A stretch of DNA of 63,343 nt, the filler included, from Reclinomonas americana ATCC 50394 (Eukaryota), in NCBI GenBank assembly GCA_048213135.1. It is 13 parts of 13 records of this genome, joined end to end, with 100 filler letters (N's around TTAATTAATTAA, not from the genome) between each part and the next. Parts side by side here need not be neighbours in the genome. Positions count along the whole stretch, not along the records: positions 13,472 to 32,886 come from AFZH01022389.1; positions 32,987 to 34,202 come from AFZH01022390.1; positions 34,303 to 35,639 come from AFZH01022391.1; positions 35,740 to 36,860 come from AFZH01022392.1; positions 36,961 to 38,368 come from AFZH01022393.1; positions 38,469 to 49,323 come from AFZH01022394.1; 7 more parts are not named here. One strand, given 5' to 3'. The notes beneath the pieces are model-generated. The model saw only the letters and a program-made list of their open reading frames with translations, was not told the DNA's origin and searched no databases. Of this stretch, positions 28,401-39,339 are shown one piece after another. Position 1 is the stretch's first letter. Each line of letters begins with the position of its first letter. A program made the position numbers and the translations under genes.

Positions 28401-28602
28401 TGTGTGAGAGAGAGAGAGAGAGTGAGAGTAGAGATCAACCGTCTGCAACTGATTGTGTGTGAGTGTGTTGAGAGCAGTGAGTGTCGGAAATGCATGTTTG
28501 TGACTGAAAAGAAGAGTGTGTGTGAGATTTGTGCACCTGTTCCGCGGGTGAGGAGGAGGCTGCTGATGAGAGGCGACCACTGGTGCTGATGGTGGCGCCC
28601 AT
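13472..28602 (-). CDS. Very large multi-exon protein: PH-like domain, LRR + LRRcap, then a long ARM/HEAT-like region
   Basis: Dozens of short GT-AG introns. PH-like: FRVVKIRTNRTVDDKWLHLQPTCFHTVDVDGQSHRKTYLYEHVSDIQESAEDPLRFSLTTLIA|RKTDTITLQASSSDVRSRILQSI (~27720-26620). LRR: VHLRNHKIEVL, VRVLDLSNNKINVLP|WRWFSGFRSLSHLYLNNNKI, IRVLRFNGNPC. LRRcap: YRFRIIDMCAQLGDLDG (~24950-24290). The start MGATIS at 28602 is tentative. Confidence 0.7.
25010..25235. repeat. 14-bp purine minisatellite (GACGGAAGGGGGAA)n in an intron
   Basis: About 15 tandem, slightly degenerate units are directly visible. Confidence 0.9.
26760..27225. repeat. Intronic ~290-bp degenerate direct duplication (purine-rich on +)
   Basis: ggagaggtaaaaatgggagcacgagaggaagatgga occurs at ~26769 and ~27061, with matching downstream sequence. 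Confidence 0.75.
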
Positions 28603-29194
28603 GAGTCAAAGGGACGACGAATAGAAATGGTGTGCTCGCGAGATGAGAGCATTGCTTATTTAGGAAAGAAAGTTTGTTCTGATATCGAAAAAAGTGAAAG
28701 TGGGTTTTTTCGAAGAATAGTTTTCAAAGGTCATGATGGCTGGTATTATACGTATTTCGCGGCACTTGCAGGTGCAGAGAGGGATCAAAGGGCGATGTAT
28801 TTCAGTTGTACATGTCCGGATCCTGGCGCCGGCCTCGACGTCGTACAGCTTCTCAGCTTTCTGTGCTGCCTCCTGAAAGGGAAGATAACTGTTGGAGAAG
28901 AGGACTTGTGTGTTTTGTATGTTGGTGGAGTGCCAAGATGATTGTCGCAGCGGCAAGGGATTTGTGGCGCCGGCCATATGCATATATATATATGCATTTG
29001 ACGCGCGCAGCGCATGATTGCAAGTTGATTCAGCTGCTCCTTGCAAACTTCGTCCACCTGTCTCCGCGCTTCATCAGGCTCCTCGCTGCAGACCTCTGCC
29101 GGAAAGCGGTTGTGTGAAGCACCCTCCACCAAGCGTTGTGTAAATTTTACGTTTTCATTTTCTGGTTAACGTTGGCACGCACAGCAATCCTCAC

Positions 29195-29671
29195 ATGGCC
29201 ACACCACGTTTTTTGCTGCTCGAGAGCACCTCCACCGCACCTCCCCGCTCAGTACTGGACACTGAAAAGTTCGTGCGGTATTCTCTGGATGCCAGCACGC
29301 GTGTGGTGGTGTCGGAGCGGCTCACACGGGAAGTGTTTGGACTCCCCCACTGTTCACCCTCCACCCACGCATCGGCCGACGACATCAGCATGGAGGTGCG
29401 GCGTCATTACGCTGAGGACTTTCGCCTCTACACCTGCGACTCCCTGCAGGATGACGAGAAATTCATTCGCCCTCGGCTGCGGAGGAGCCGGCCGGTGCCA
29501 GATGCAGTCACCCCCGAGAGTTTCGCCTGCTGGGCTTTGACTGGCCGATACAACGCCGCGCGTGTGAAGCTGAAGGAGCTGGAAGCATGGATGATCATCA
29601 TCGTGATTGCCATCATCGTGCTGGAGGTTTTCGCTGAGAAGCCCTCCGACCGCGGCTGTGTTTTGTTGTGA
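29195..29671 (+). CDS. Intronless hypothetical protein with a C-terminal hydrophobic helix and a CaaX motif (CVLL)
   Basis: 158-aa ATG ORF with GC3-rich codons; it ends ...LEAWMIIIVIAIIVLEVFAEKPSDRGCVLL*. Confidence 0.5.
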   Translation: MATPRFLLLESTSTAPPRSVLDTEKFVRYSLDASTRVVVSERLTREVFGLPHCSPSTHASADDISMEVRRHYAEDFRLYTCDSLQDDEKFIRPRLRRSRPVPDAVTPESFACWALTGRYNAARVKLKELEAWMIIIVIAIIVLEVFAEKPSDRGCVLL

Positions 29672-30333
29672 CAATAAACCAGCTGCGTTCTCTTGGTCTT
29701 TTTGGCTCGATACGTGTACTGTATGCCTTATGCCCCCTTGCCTCTCCTGCGAGACTGCATGAGGGATGGTATCGATGGTGCAGCGCATGCAGATGCGTTA
29801 CATTTGTGGGCGACCGCGGCCTTGCAATTGCAATTGCGCATGCTTCCTTTCCTATTTGTGCTTCAGAAAGAAGAATTAGGAGGAGGAGGAGGATGAGGAG
29901 GAGGAGCTCGAGACGTACTTTCAGGACGAAGGCAGAGGGGAACCTTACTTTCTTCCGCTTCTTCATCTTCTTCTTCTTCTAAATGTTCGAATTCTCCAGC
30001 TCCTGCTAGGCCTCCTCCTCGTCGTCGTCCTTCTCCCCTCTCGTCCTCCTCCTTCTCCCTCCTCCTCCTCTCCTTCTTCTTCCTCGTCTTTTTCGTCTTC
30101 CACACCTTGCTGCCTTGCAATTGCATTTGCTTTCGATATCGAATTCGATATCGACGTCGCGATCGCTGTCTTGCTTGCACAGCCTTCCGATATGCGCAAA
30201 GCACAGCGTTCCACTGTCAGCATGCTTCCTCCTGCACAACTCCCTGCACATTGCAACACACACCAACGTCTCTCCAAACAAAGTCACTTCAGCACTCACT
30301 TGTCCTCAATCACTCTTTGTCATTCAAGAGAGC

Positions 30334-32835
30334 ATGAGTGAGGCCAGCTCGTCTTCCTCTGCGACCCTTCTCACCGCCATCAGCGCCGACGCTGAGCGCG
30401 TAAAGAGCGCACAAGAGGCATCGCTCACTCGCGATCGCGCAGTTGTTGAGCAGTTGCTCACACGCGCGCGAGAGATGCACGCGCAGTTCGCCACAGGTAC
30501 ATACACACACAGAGAAGGCGATGAAAGCGGGGGGAGAAGGCGATGAAAGAGGGAGGAGAAGGCGATGAAAGAGGGAGGAGAATGAGTGAGAGGGAAAGGG
30601 CGCGGAATGAGGGAAGTGAGGGAGTGTGAGCAGAGAGGGAGAGAGAGTGAGAGAGAAAGGACCCAAGTTGATTACCTCTCTCTGTCTCTCTCTCTTTCTC
30701 TCACTCTCTCTCCACCCACCACACACAGAGAGAGAGAGAGATAGAAAGAGAGCGAGCGTGTGCGTGTGTGTGTGTGAGAGAGTGAGGAGAGTGAGAGAGA
30801 AGATACTTTGAGTGGAAAGCCTCTCTTGTCCTTCTCTCCCCCACTCACACACTCACTCTCTCTCTCTCTCTCCTCTCTCTCTCCTCTCTCTCTCTCCCTC
30901 TCTCCCCCCTCTCTCTTTCTCTCTGTGTGAGGGAGGAGAATGATAGAGAAGATACTCTGACAGTCAAGTCTCTCTTGTTCTTCTCCCTGTTCTCTCTCCT
31001 CACTCACACACACCCACTCTTTCTTTCCCTCCCTCTCCCTCCCCCTCCCTCCCTCCCTCTCCCTCCCTCCCCCCTTCTCTCTCTGTTCATTTGCGACTGA
31101 TTGAGCATTTTCCTGATCAACACCATCCTTCTTTGAAGGTGCCTGCGAGAAGAAGCCGAAGGCCATGTTTGGTGACTTTGCGAATGAACTTGTGCGAGCG
31201 GGCAGTGAGGTGCAGTCGGCGCACAAGGACTTTTACTCGACGCTCGGTCGCATGGGAAAGACGCTGGACAAGTCGTTCGCCATGGACTTGTCCATGGCGC
31301 ACCGACCGTGGGCGTTTGACAAGGCGCTGGTGGATCAGGCGGTGGCGGAGCACTTGTATCGCGAGGGGCACTTTGCGGTGGGCGAGACTGTGTGTCAGGT
31401 GAGAGAATGAGGGAAAGGGAGAATGAGGGGAAGGAGGAGAAGGGGAGAAGGGATGAAGGAGAGCGTGTGAGGGGAGGTGATGGAGAGTGGGGGGGAAGTA
31501 CGATGAAGGATGAGGCGAGAAGAGATGAAGAAGAGAGTTACAGCTGTGATGAGAGGGGATGGAGAGTGGGGGGAAGGACGATGAAGGATGTGGGGAGAAG
31601 GGATGAAGAAGAGAGTCACAGCTGTGATGGAGGGGATGGAGGAAGGGGAAGAAGGGCGATGAAGGGTGAGTGGAGAAGGGATGAAGAAGAGAGGGGATGG
31701 AAGAATGGGGAGAAGGGCGATGAAGGATGAGATGAGAAGAGATGAAGAGAGTCACAGCTGTGATGGGAGGGGAAGGAGAATGGGGAGAAGGACGATGGAG
31801 GATGAGGGAGAAGGGATGAAGAAGAGAGTCAAAGCTGTGAAGGGAGAGGAAGGGAGATTGTGAAGGGAGGGGATGGGGAATGGGGAAGGATGAGGAGAAG
31901 GGACGAAGGAGAGAGAGTTAATGCTGTGAAGATTCGGGAAGGGAGATTGCGGAGAAGGACGATGAAGGATGAGCGGAGAAAGGATGAAGAAGAGAGTCAA
32001 AGCTGTGAAGGTGGAGTAAGAATGTAATTGAGAGAAGGTGGGCATGAGAGCCAAGGTGAAGTGGAAAACTCGGGACACAGGATACTGGAAGAAAGAGCAC
32101 GTCCGTTTGCGAGTGTCCTCATCTTCTTCCCTGTCAACTCTTGAGCCATCCTTGTGTTCCTCCTCGTCCTTCTTTCAGCACCTTCCGCATAGACACAGCA
32201 CGCAGGAGAACGTGAGTGTGCAGAAGTGAGCGGGCGAAGAGCAGCTGCTGTGTAAATCGGAGAGATGTCAAAGAATGTCAATTGTCGACTGACACAGAAG
32301 CGTGAGTGAGTCAGACGGAAAAGGGACTCCTCAGCATGTTGTGCAAGCCAACAAGATTCTGCATGCCTTCTCTTACATCTTCTCCACCTCCGCGCGCACA
32401 CCCACAGGAGGCCTCGGTCGCCGTGGACGAATCCATCAAGGCGCAATTCCTCGACATGTACCGCGTGCTGCAAGACATCCGGTCCGGCGTCCTCTCTTCC
32501 GCTATCGAGTGGTCGCGCGTGCACGAGAGCGCACTGCGTGAGGCCGGCTCGTCGCTCCCGTTTGCCCTCCACCGTCTGCAGTACGTGCAGCTGGTGGCGG
32601 CGAACCGAGTGGCCGAGGCGCTGGAGTACTCGCGCCAATTGCCGCTGTTCGCCGGCCCGCAACACATGCACGAGATACCGCGCCTGATGGGCGCCCTGAT
32701 GTACGCTGGTTCGCTGGAGACCAGCCGGTACGCCGACCTGCTGCAAATGTCGCAGTGGCGAGATATTGCCACGATGTTTGCTCGTGAATGCTGCGCGTTG
32801 ATGGGCCTGCCGAGTGAGAGCTCCATCTTTGTAGC
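30334..32835 (+). CDS. RMND5: RMND5/GID2 (CTLH/GID E3 ligase subunit); the 3' end, including the RING domain, is lost at the contig gap. Exons 30334-30496, 31139-31398, 32408-~32835
   Basis: HKDFYSTLGRMGKTLDKSF; LisH (VDQAVAEHLYREGHFAVGETVCQE); CTLH (FLDMYRVLQDIRSGVLSSAIEW...SSLPFALHRLQYVQL); CRA (EALEYSR...HMHEIPRLMGALMY...FARECCALMGLPSESSI). Exon phases are consistent. Confidence 0.9.
31420..32020. repeat. Degenerate purine-rich minisatellite in RMND5 intron 2
   Basis: The core gatgaagaagagagt(c/t)a(c/a)agctgtga recurs at least five times. Confidence 0.75.
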
Positions 32836-32986
32836 GTTACGTGTGGGGGGAGCAAGGGGTTGCTGCTGTGTGTGTGTGGTGGGGGTNNNNNNNNNNNNNN
32901 NNNNNNNNNNNNNNNNNNNNNNNNNNNNNNTTAATTAATTAANNNNNNNNNNNNNNNNNNNNNNNNNNNNNNNNNNNNNNNNNNNN

Positions 32987-33490
32987 GTCGTACGCCGCCG
33001 CACTCGTCTTGCGTCCCGACACCAAACAGAAATGCGAGCCACACACATTGCTCGTCTCTGCATTGGCTGCTGTCGCCGGTACGGTGCTCTGTGAGCAACA
33101 GGGAGGTGAGCTTGTCATTCCCACACAAGCTCACTACTCTCGATCACATGCCTTCAGCGTGCACACACTCACACCGAACGTGTTCGATGCCGCGGCAGCA
33201 TCCAGAAAAGTCCACGATCGACACAGCGGGTACAGATCGCACAGTTCGCAGCAGCCGATTTCGTTGCGCACAGTGACGAGCGAGGCCACGATCGTGCCGC
33301 CAGGACGATCCACAGCCTCGAACTGGCACACTTCCAACGCCGCTGATCGGTGCGTGTGCGAGTGAGATGGCCGGTGATGGGACACACCCAGCTGACAACC
33401 AACGCAACGAGCCACAACTCCATTCTGCACAGTTGAACAACCGGCATTCGTTGCTGCACATGCATCCGCAATCGTCGTCAGCACCACTCA
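32987..33490 (-). CDS. Cys-rich extracellular exons including a PAN/apple-like domain; possibly a downstream part of the NHL/cadherin-like gene
   Basis: VCQFEAVDRPGGTIVASLVTVRNEIGCCELCDLYPLCRSWTF matches the D-x-x-G-G...CCxxC...C-x-x-W-T-F PAN pattern. An upstream Cys-rich exon reads DACAATNAGCSTVQNGVVARCVGC. Confidence 0.55.
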
Positions 33491-34302
33491 CACATTCCCG
33501 TGTCTCACAGTGCACACCGAGCATGATATATACCCCGAACATAGTGAAAAGAAAGGGAGCGAGGAAGAATCAACAAGGACAAGCACACGTCTGTGGAGAG
33601 AAAGGACGGTCCGCACAGCCGAAAACGGGCAAGAACAACAGACTACATGCCTTGAAAGTGACGTCGTAATCACCTCCTGTACACTTTACCCTCTCCTCAC
33701 AACTCGCAACAATGTTCGCTTCACTCTAGGCCTGAACTTAAAACTTCTGATGTCGCTGCCTTGTGTGCTCCTAATTCGTCGCCCTTCCTCGTTCCCCGTG
33801 ACATAGCTGCAGCTCTGCACTTCATCCTTCCCCCCACAGCTACTTCACCTCTCATGCCACCAAAAGCCTGTCCATTAATTCCTGTCATTGCTGCCTTCCT
33901 GACGCTCACTGCATGCCTGTTTCCCCTGGATACCGCTGCCCTGCTCCTCACCGTTCCCCATAACTCTTCATCCCTCTCAAAGCCTCCACTCTTGCGCTTC
34001 ACCCCATACTTCCTTCTCAACACCTCCGCTCTCCGCCGTTCACCACTTACATCTACACTCGGTCTTTTACCCACCCCTTCACACGACAATTCCCTCTCCC
34101 ATTCTCTTCTACTCCCTTCCCTGTTCCTCTTTCTCCTTCACTCTCAGGACATCCTCCGCCTTTCTTGACCATACTCTCTGCAAGTCTCTCCCCCCTTCCC
34201 TCNNNNNNNNNNNNNNNNNNNNNNNNNNNNNNNNNNNNNNNNNNNNTTAATTAATTAANNNNNNNNNNNNNNNNNNNNNNNNNNNNNNNNNNNNNNNNNN
34301 NN

Positions 34303-36960
34303 CGCAACGTAGGTGGTTGTACCGGTGCAGGCGAGATCTGTTGGCACCGAGTTGGAGGTGGTGAACGACATGGTGGTGCCGGTGAGAGTGCTGGGTACGG
34401 TGGAGGTGGAGATGGCACGAAAGTAGTACGTCCAGCTGGCGGCGAGCGACGTGAGTGACGCGGCCAGGGCGGTGCTTGAGGCGACGCCCGAGGTGGCCGG
34501 AGTGGCCGAGACAGTGGAGGAGCCGATGGTGAGTCGGCGAATGGCGGAGTTGGTCCACTCTGGTGATATCGATAGTTATGATGATTACCAACCAAAAAAT
34601 GATTACATCTCTTGCGTGATCTCGTACCTGCAATATACAGAGTGGATGATGCGGTATCGTACGCCATAAACACCTGGACTGACACAATGAGAGAGACGAA
34701 ACCGATGAGTCGTCCCAAGTACTAGACGAACGAACCGGGCCATCAAATCGAGCACTTGTCACTGGGCTCCCGTCGATTGCTCCCGTGGCTCCCGCAGCGC
34801 CGGCGATGGTTGTAACGACACCGGTGCCGATGACGATTTGGCGAATGGTGGAGTTGGAATACTTTGAGAAGACACACCAATAAATAATGCGAGTAAATAC
34901 GTCACATGCACTGCATAAAAACCCGACGCAACATCAGCAATGTAAAGTACGCCACGCGCTCGATCAAGCTGGATGCCAATTGGCGTATGGAATCGAGCCG
35001 CAGTGCCTGTGGCATCTGTCGACCATGCCGCTGCGGTGAGCGAGCCGGCCAGAGTTGAAACCGTCATTGCCAGCATGTCGATCACACGAATATTATGCCG
35101 ACCTCGATCGGCTGCTCACACCCAGACGAGTAAGCGCACATCTAGTGTCACAAAAGCCTCTCTCTCTCTCACGCACACACACACACATACACACCAACGT
35201 ACAGCCGATTGCCTGTCGTGTCCAATGCCAGACCATTCGGTCCACCAAACCGTGCGGTTGTTGCACATGCCCCATCAACTGTACTCGACGATCCAATAGT
35301 GCCACAGTAAGTGGTGACCTCGCCACCAAATGTGACCTAAAGTTGTGGGAAGCAAGGATGTGAAATTGTGCACAACACAATCAAACAGATTGCGCACACA
35401 CCTTTCTGACAGCATTGTTCTGCCAATCGCCGACGTATACAACTTTGTTGGACGAGTCCATAACAAGGCCGTACGGGCGGTTAAACCTTGCACTCGCTCC
35501 CGTGCCATTGGCAGTGCCGGAAGTCCCGTTGCCCACCAGAGTCGACAGAGAGCCCGAAGGAGTGCTAACACGAACTGCGTGGTTCAATTGCTGGAAATAC
35601 GGAAGTGAGCGACAGAATACTCCAATCTATCATAAATTANNNNNNNNNNNNNNNNNNNNNNNNNNNNNNNNNNNNNNNNNNNNTTAATTAATTAANNNNN
35701 NNNNNNNNNNNNNNNNNNNNNNNNNNNNNNNNNNNNNNNTCGACGTTGTCACACTGCTGGCCGCCAGCGTGGCCAGCGACTGGGTGGCTGTAACATACCG
35801 AAGGAGGGGAACAGTGTGAATGGCCAGCGACGGAAAAGGAAGCAGGAGAAGGAGGAGGAGGAGGAGTAGCAGGAGGAGGAGCAGGAGGAGGAAGGAGAAG
35901 GAAGAGACGGAGGCGAGGAACAAGAAGGAAGAGAGATGGAGGAAGTGCATGAGGATCAGGAGAAGAAGAAGAAGATAGAACAGGAACAGGAGTACGACAG
36001 TGAACGACGACGACGACGAGGAGGAGAAGAAGAAGAAGGACAGGAAGAAACACTCTCAGAAAAATAGAGTAGAAGAGAATGAGAAGGAGAGGCAGACACA
36101 GAACACACTTGACTGTAAAAGAATCACATCGCCTCACCCGCAGTGATGGTGAACGCCTTGTCGAAGAACAGCGGCGGCGATCCATTGTCCGTCGACCGAA
36201 TCGTCACCGCCAGCGAGCTGCCCGCCTGCCCCGCCGCCACAATCACCAACGACTGTCCGTTGACTGAAAACACTGCGCTGTTGGCGCCTCCAACAATCGA
36301 GTATGTGAACGACTGGCCCGCATTCGCATCCGTCGTCTGCAGCGCACACACGACTTGATTCGCCACCGACGGCGACACATACGTCATCGACGAGCAGCTA
36401 ATGTCGGTGGGAGCCACATTGGCGGTGGTGGTGAATGACACGGTGGAGCCGTTGATGGTGCTGGGTGTGGAGGTGACGCCGACGGCGCGATAGTAGAATG
36501 TCCAATTGCTAGCCAATCCAGTCAATGAGGCGGTGATTGAGGCGGCGAGGGAGCCGGTGGCAGTAGCGGGTGTGGCCGACACAGATTGTGATGCGAGTGA
36601 GATGCGACGGATGGTGTGTGCGGAGAAATCGGCAACCAACACCGATGCTGTCGATGCATCGAAGGCGAGTTGGGCTGGCGAGGTGAAGCGCGCCACGGTC
36701 AGAGCGCTGCCGTCGGCTGATCCGCTCATGCCCGCCGCGCCGCCAATCGTCGACACTGACGAGTCCGATACTCGAAGTTGCCGCACGGTGTTGTTGCCAG
36801 GCTGCGGAGCTCCGTGCAGTCAGAATGAAACAGCAAAACGGTTCTGTGGGTGAAGCGAGANNNNNNNNNNNNNNNNNNNNNNNNNNNNNNNNNNNNNNNN
36901 NNNNTTAATTAATTAANNNNNNNNNNNNNNNNNNNNNNNNNNNNNNNNNNNNNNNNNNNN

Positions 36961-37025
<65 letters not shown>

Positions 37026-37713
37026 AAGCACGCACCTTTTGAATTGCGCGGCCACTCCTGTGCCATCCACCAGGCCGCAAGTGCTTCCCGCAAAGGTGGT
37101 CACTGTGGCTGCGGGTGTGATGCGTCGAATGCGACAGTTGCTGTCATCGCGCGTGAGAAGAGTGAGATGGAGAGGAAAGGAGGGGTCGAATGAATGCGGA
37201 TGACAAACCCGTTTTCTGCCACGTACAAGTTGCCCATGGCGTCAAAGGCCATTCCCTGCAGACGAGGCACATATGCATGGGAAGCACACGCTTGCCAAAG
37301 TATAATGAACTACGTATACAGGTATGACGCACCGTCGGTGAATGGAGAAGCGCGCTCACTCCAACACCGTCAGCCGTTCCCGACGTGCCTGCTGTGCCCA
37401 CAAAGGTGGAGACAGTGGCCGAGGAGACACCAATCGCGGCAGCATATGGAGACCACTCAAAGGAGTTGGTGGTGCCTCCACTGACATTGTTGGGATTGAC
37501 CCAAGAATTCAGCGTTGCGGTTGTGCCAGTGATGTTGTTGGCGACGGCGGTGGTCACTGTTTGGGCGTCTGCGGTGGACGGAGGCCAGGAATGAGCGAGA
37601 GACACAGGGGGTGCACATGTTCAGCAACGCGCACGCACACACGCTGGCACTACGCAACTTGCAGTGCCAGCGAGCAAAAGGACGACGAGTGCGATCTGGA
37701 AGAGCAAAGACAT
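34303..37713 (-). CDS. Secreted modular protein: signal peptide + repeated [FN3-like N-half - NHL repeats - FN3-like C-half - cadherin-like] modules; interrupted by two contig gaps
   Basis: Exon 1 (37713-37659) MSLLFQIALVVLLLAGTA joins NAQTVTT.... NHL repeats include VSTFVGTAGTSGTADG, DGSALTVARFTSPAQLAFD...LVADFSAHTIRRI and ARFNRPYGLVMD...YVGDWQNNAVRK. Cadherin-like segment: APTDISCS...LQTTDANAGQSFTYSIVGG...FSVNGQSL...VTIRSTDNGSPPLFFDKAFTI. Confidence 0.8.
36961..37024. repeat. (AG)n microsatellite
   Basis: Pure dinucleotide run next to a contig end. Confidence 0.95.
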
Positions 37714-37972
37714 CCGAGTCGTTCTCGTGTTTCTGTGAGGAGCAGCAAGCCGCCTACTCATTCAACAAACGGAAACGTTTTTTTGGCGCCAAAATTGACA
37801 ACTGCAACAATACAAAACAACAACATGAACAACAACAAAGTCATTAACCAACAAACAAGCAACAGCTGTCTTGATGGGTCATGGGATAAAGCTGATGAGT
37901 ACGCTGTCCGGCTGACGCAAAAGATTCTGTACATATGTGAAATCAGTGCCTTCCTCCAATAATGCGACAAAT

Positions 37973-38031
37973 TTACTAATCCAAACACCAATGCAGCTGC
38001 ACGATGATCACCATCGTGAGTGAGCACCAGA
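37973..38031. repeat. 59-bp dispersed repeat, copy 1 (copy 2 at 59748-59806)
   Basis: ttactaatccaaacaccaatgcagctgcacgatgatcaccatcgtgagtgagcaccaga; 6 mismatches and no gaps against copy 2. Confidence 0.8.
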
Positions 38032-38624
38032 TCGTCGACGCCGTGAAAATCCACGAAACGCAGACTGCACGCGGTGAACAGCTGGGGGCTGCACGTGCAC
38101 GCATACTGCAGCTGCGCACAATTCCAACTGCGCTGTCCTGGACTTCGTGTTTGCTTCTCTCCTCTTCTACCAGCTACCACACTGTTGGGTGTGCCCGGTG
38201 TGCGAAGGTCATGAGTCGGTAAGTCTTGTTTTCGATATCAACGTCGCAGGACGTTTTGTTTTCGTTGTTTTTGTGATTGAGAGGGAATGCGCGTCAACTT
38301 TCTCGAGTTGACTGCTGGAGAACGCACTCTTCTCGATCAGTATCCGCACATCAAAGAGCGCTTGAAAGNNNNNNNNNNNNNNNNNNNNNNNNNNNNNNNN
38401 NNNNNNNNNNNNTTAATTAATTAANNNNNNNNNNNNNNNNNNNNNNNNNNNNNNNNNNNNNNNNNNNNAGAGGTTCCCACTTCCTCTCTCTCCCGATCCC
38501 GGTTTCCCATCTCACTCTCCCATCCCACCTACTCTCTGTTTACTCCCTGTCTCTCCCTTTCTCAAGTAAGAGAGAAGAGGGAGGAGGAAGAGGGTCTGCG
38601 AGAGGACTGTCTCTTCTTCACGCG

Positions 38625-38975
38625 TTCCCTCCTGTAAGCTGCCTCGAATTCGCTTGCAAGCCACACAGAGAGCGATGACGGGCGAGACGAATAGGAGAAG
38701 GAGAGTAAGAGAATGTGCGAGAGGGAGAAAGAGAGGCAGAGGAGACGAGAGAAGAAGACAGGTGACTGTTTGTTCTCCCTCTCCTCTTCCCTTCTCTCGT
38801 TTCTTCTGTCTGCAGCCTCGATTGAGCCTGCGGCCACACAGAGAGAGTGACGGTGAGAGAGGCGAAGGGAAACGGGAAGCGTGGGAAGTTAGAGGGAGGG
38901 GACTGTCTTTCTTCGTCTTCCCGTCCTGTATGCTGCCTCGAATGAGCTTGCAAGCGCACGGAGAGAGCGATGGGA
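38625..38975. repeat. Degenerate direct repeat, three copies
   Basis: A cctgta(a/t)gctgcctcgaat...gcttgcaagc...agagagcgatg-like core occurs at ~38630, ~38810 and ~38925. Confidence 0.65.
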
Positions 38976-39339
38976 ACCGGGGAGAAACGGAGAGATGGAA
39001 TGAGTGCGGGACGGGTGGGGAGCGGAAAGAGAAGACGAAAAACAGAACAGAAAGTGGCTTCGTAAAGGTGTTGCCGTTGTCCTTAGCGCTCCTCTCTGCC
39101 TGCGGTGTTGTGCTTGTCTTCTTCTCCATTCTCACGCTCTCTCCCTTCTCTTTCTTTCCCGCTTCCTCGCTTCATTCCTTGCGCAATTCGGTCGTTGTTC
39201 CCCGAGGAGTGGACGATAGATCCCGCTTTGCTGAGGCTGTCTGTGTCTAAGTGAGGCGCCCGCACACAATTCACCTTCTCCCTCTTTATGCCCATCATTT
39301 CGCCTCTTCGTTGCCCGCCCTCAATTAACTCGCCTTCAG

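Noticed and set aside
28627..29132. AT-richer segment with ~100-130 aa ORFs and a CTCP motif suggestive of a SWIM finger or transposon
   Set aside because: The motif is incomplete, and there are no terminal repeats or other domain support.
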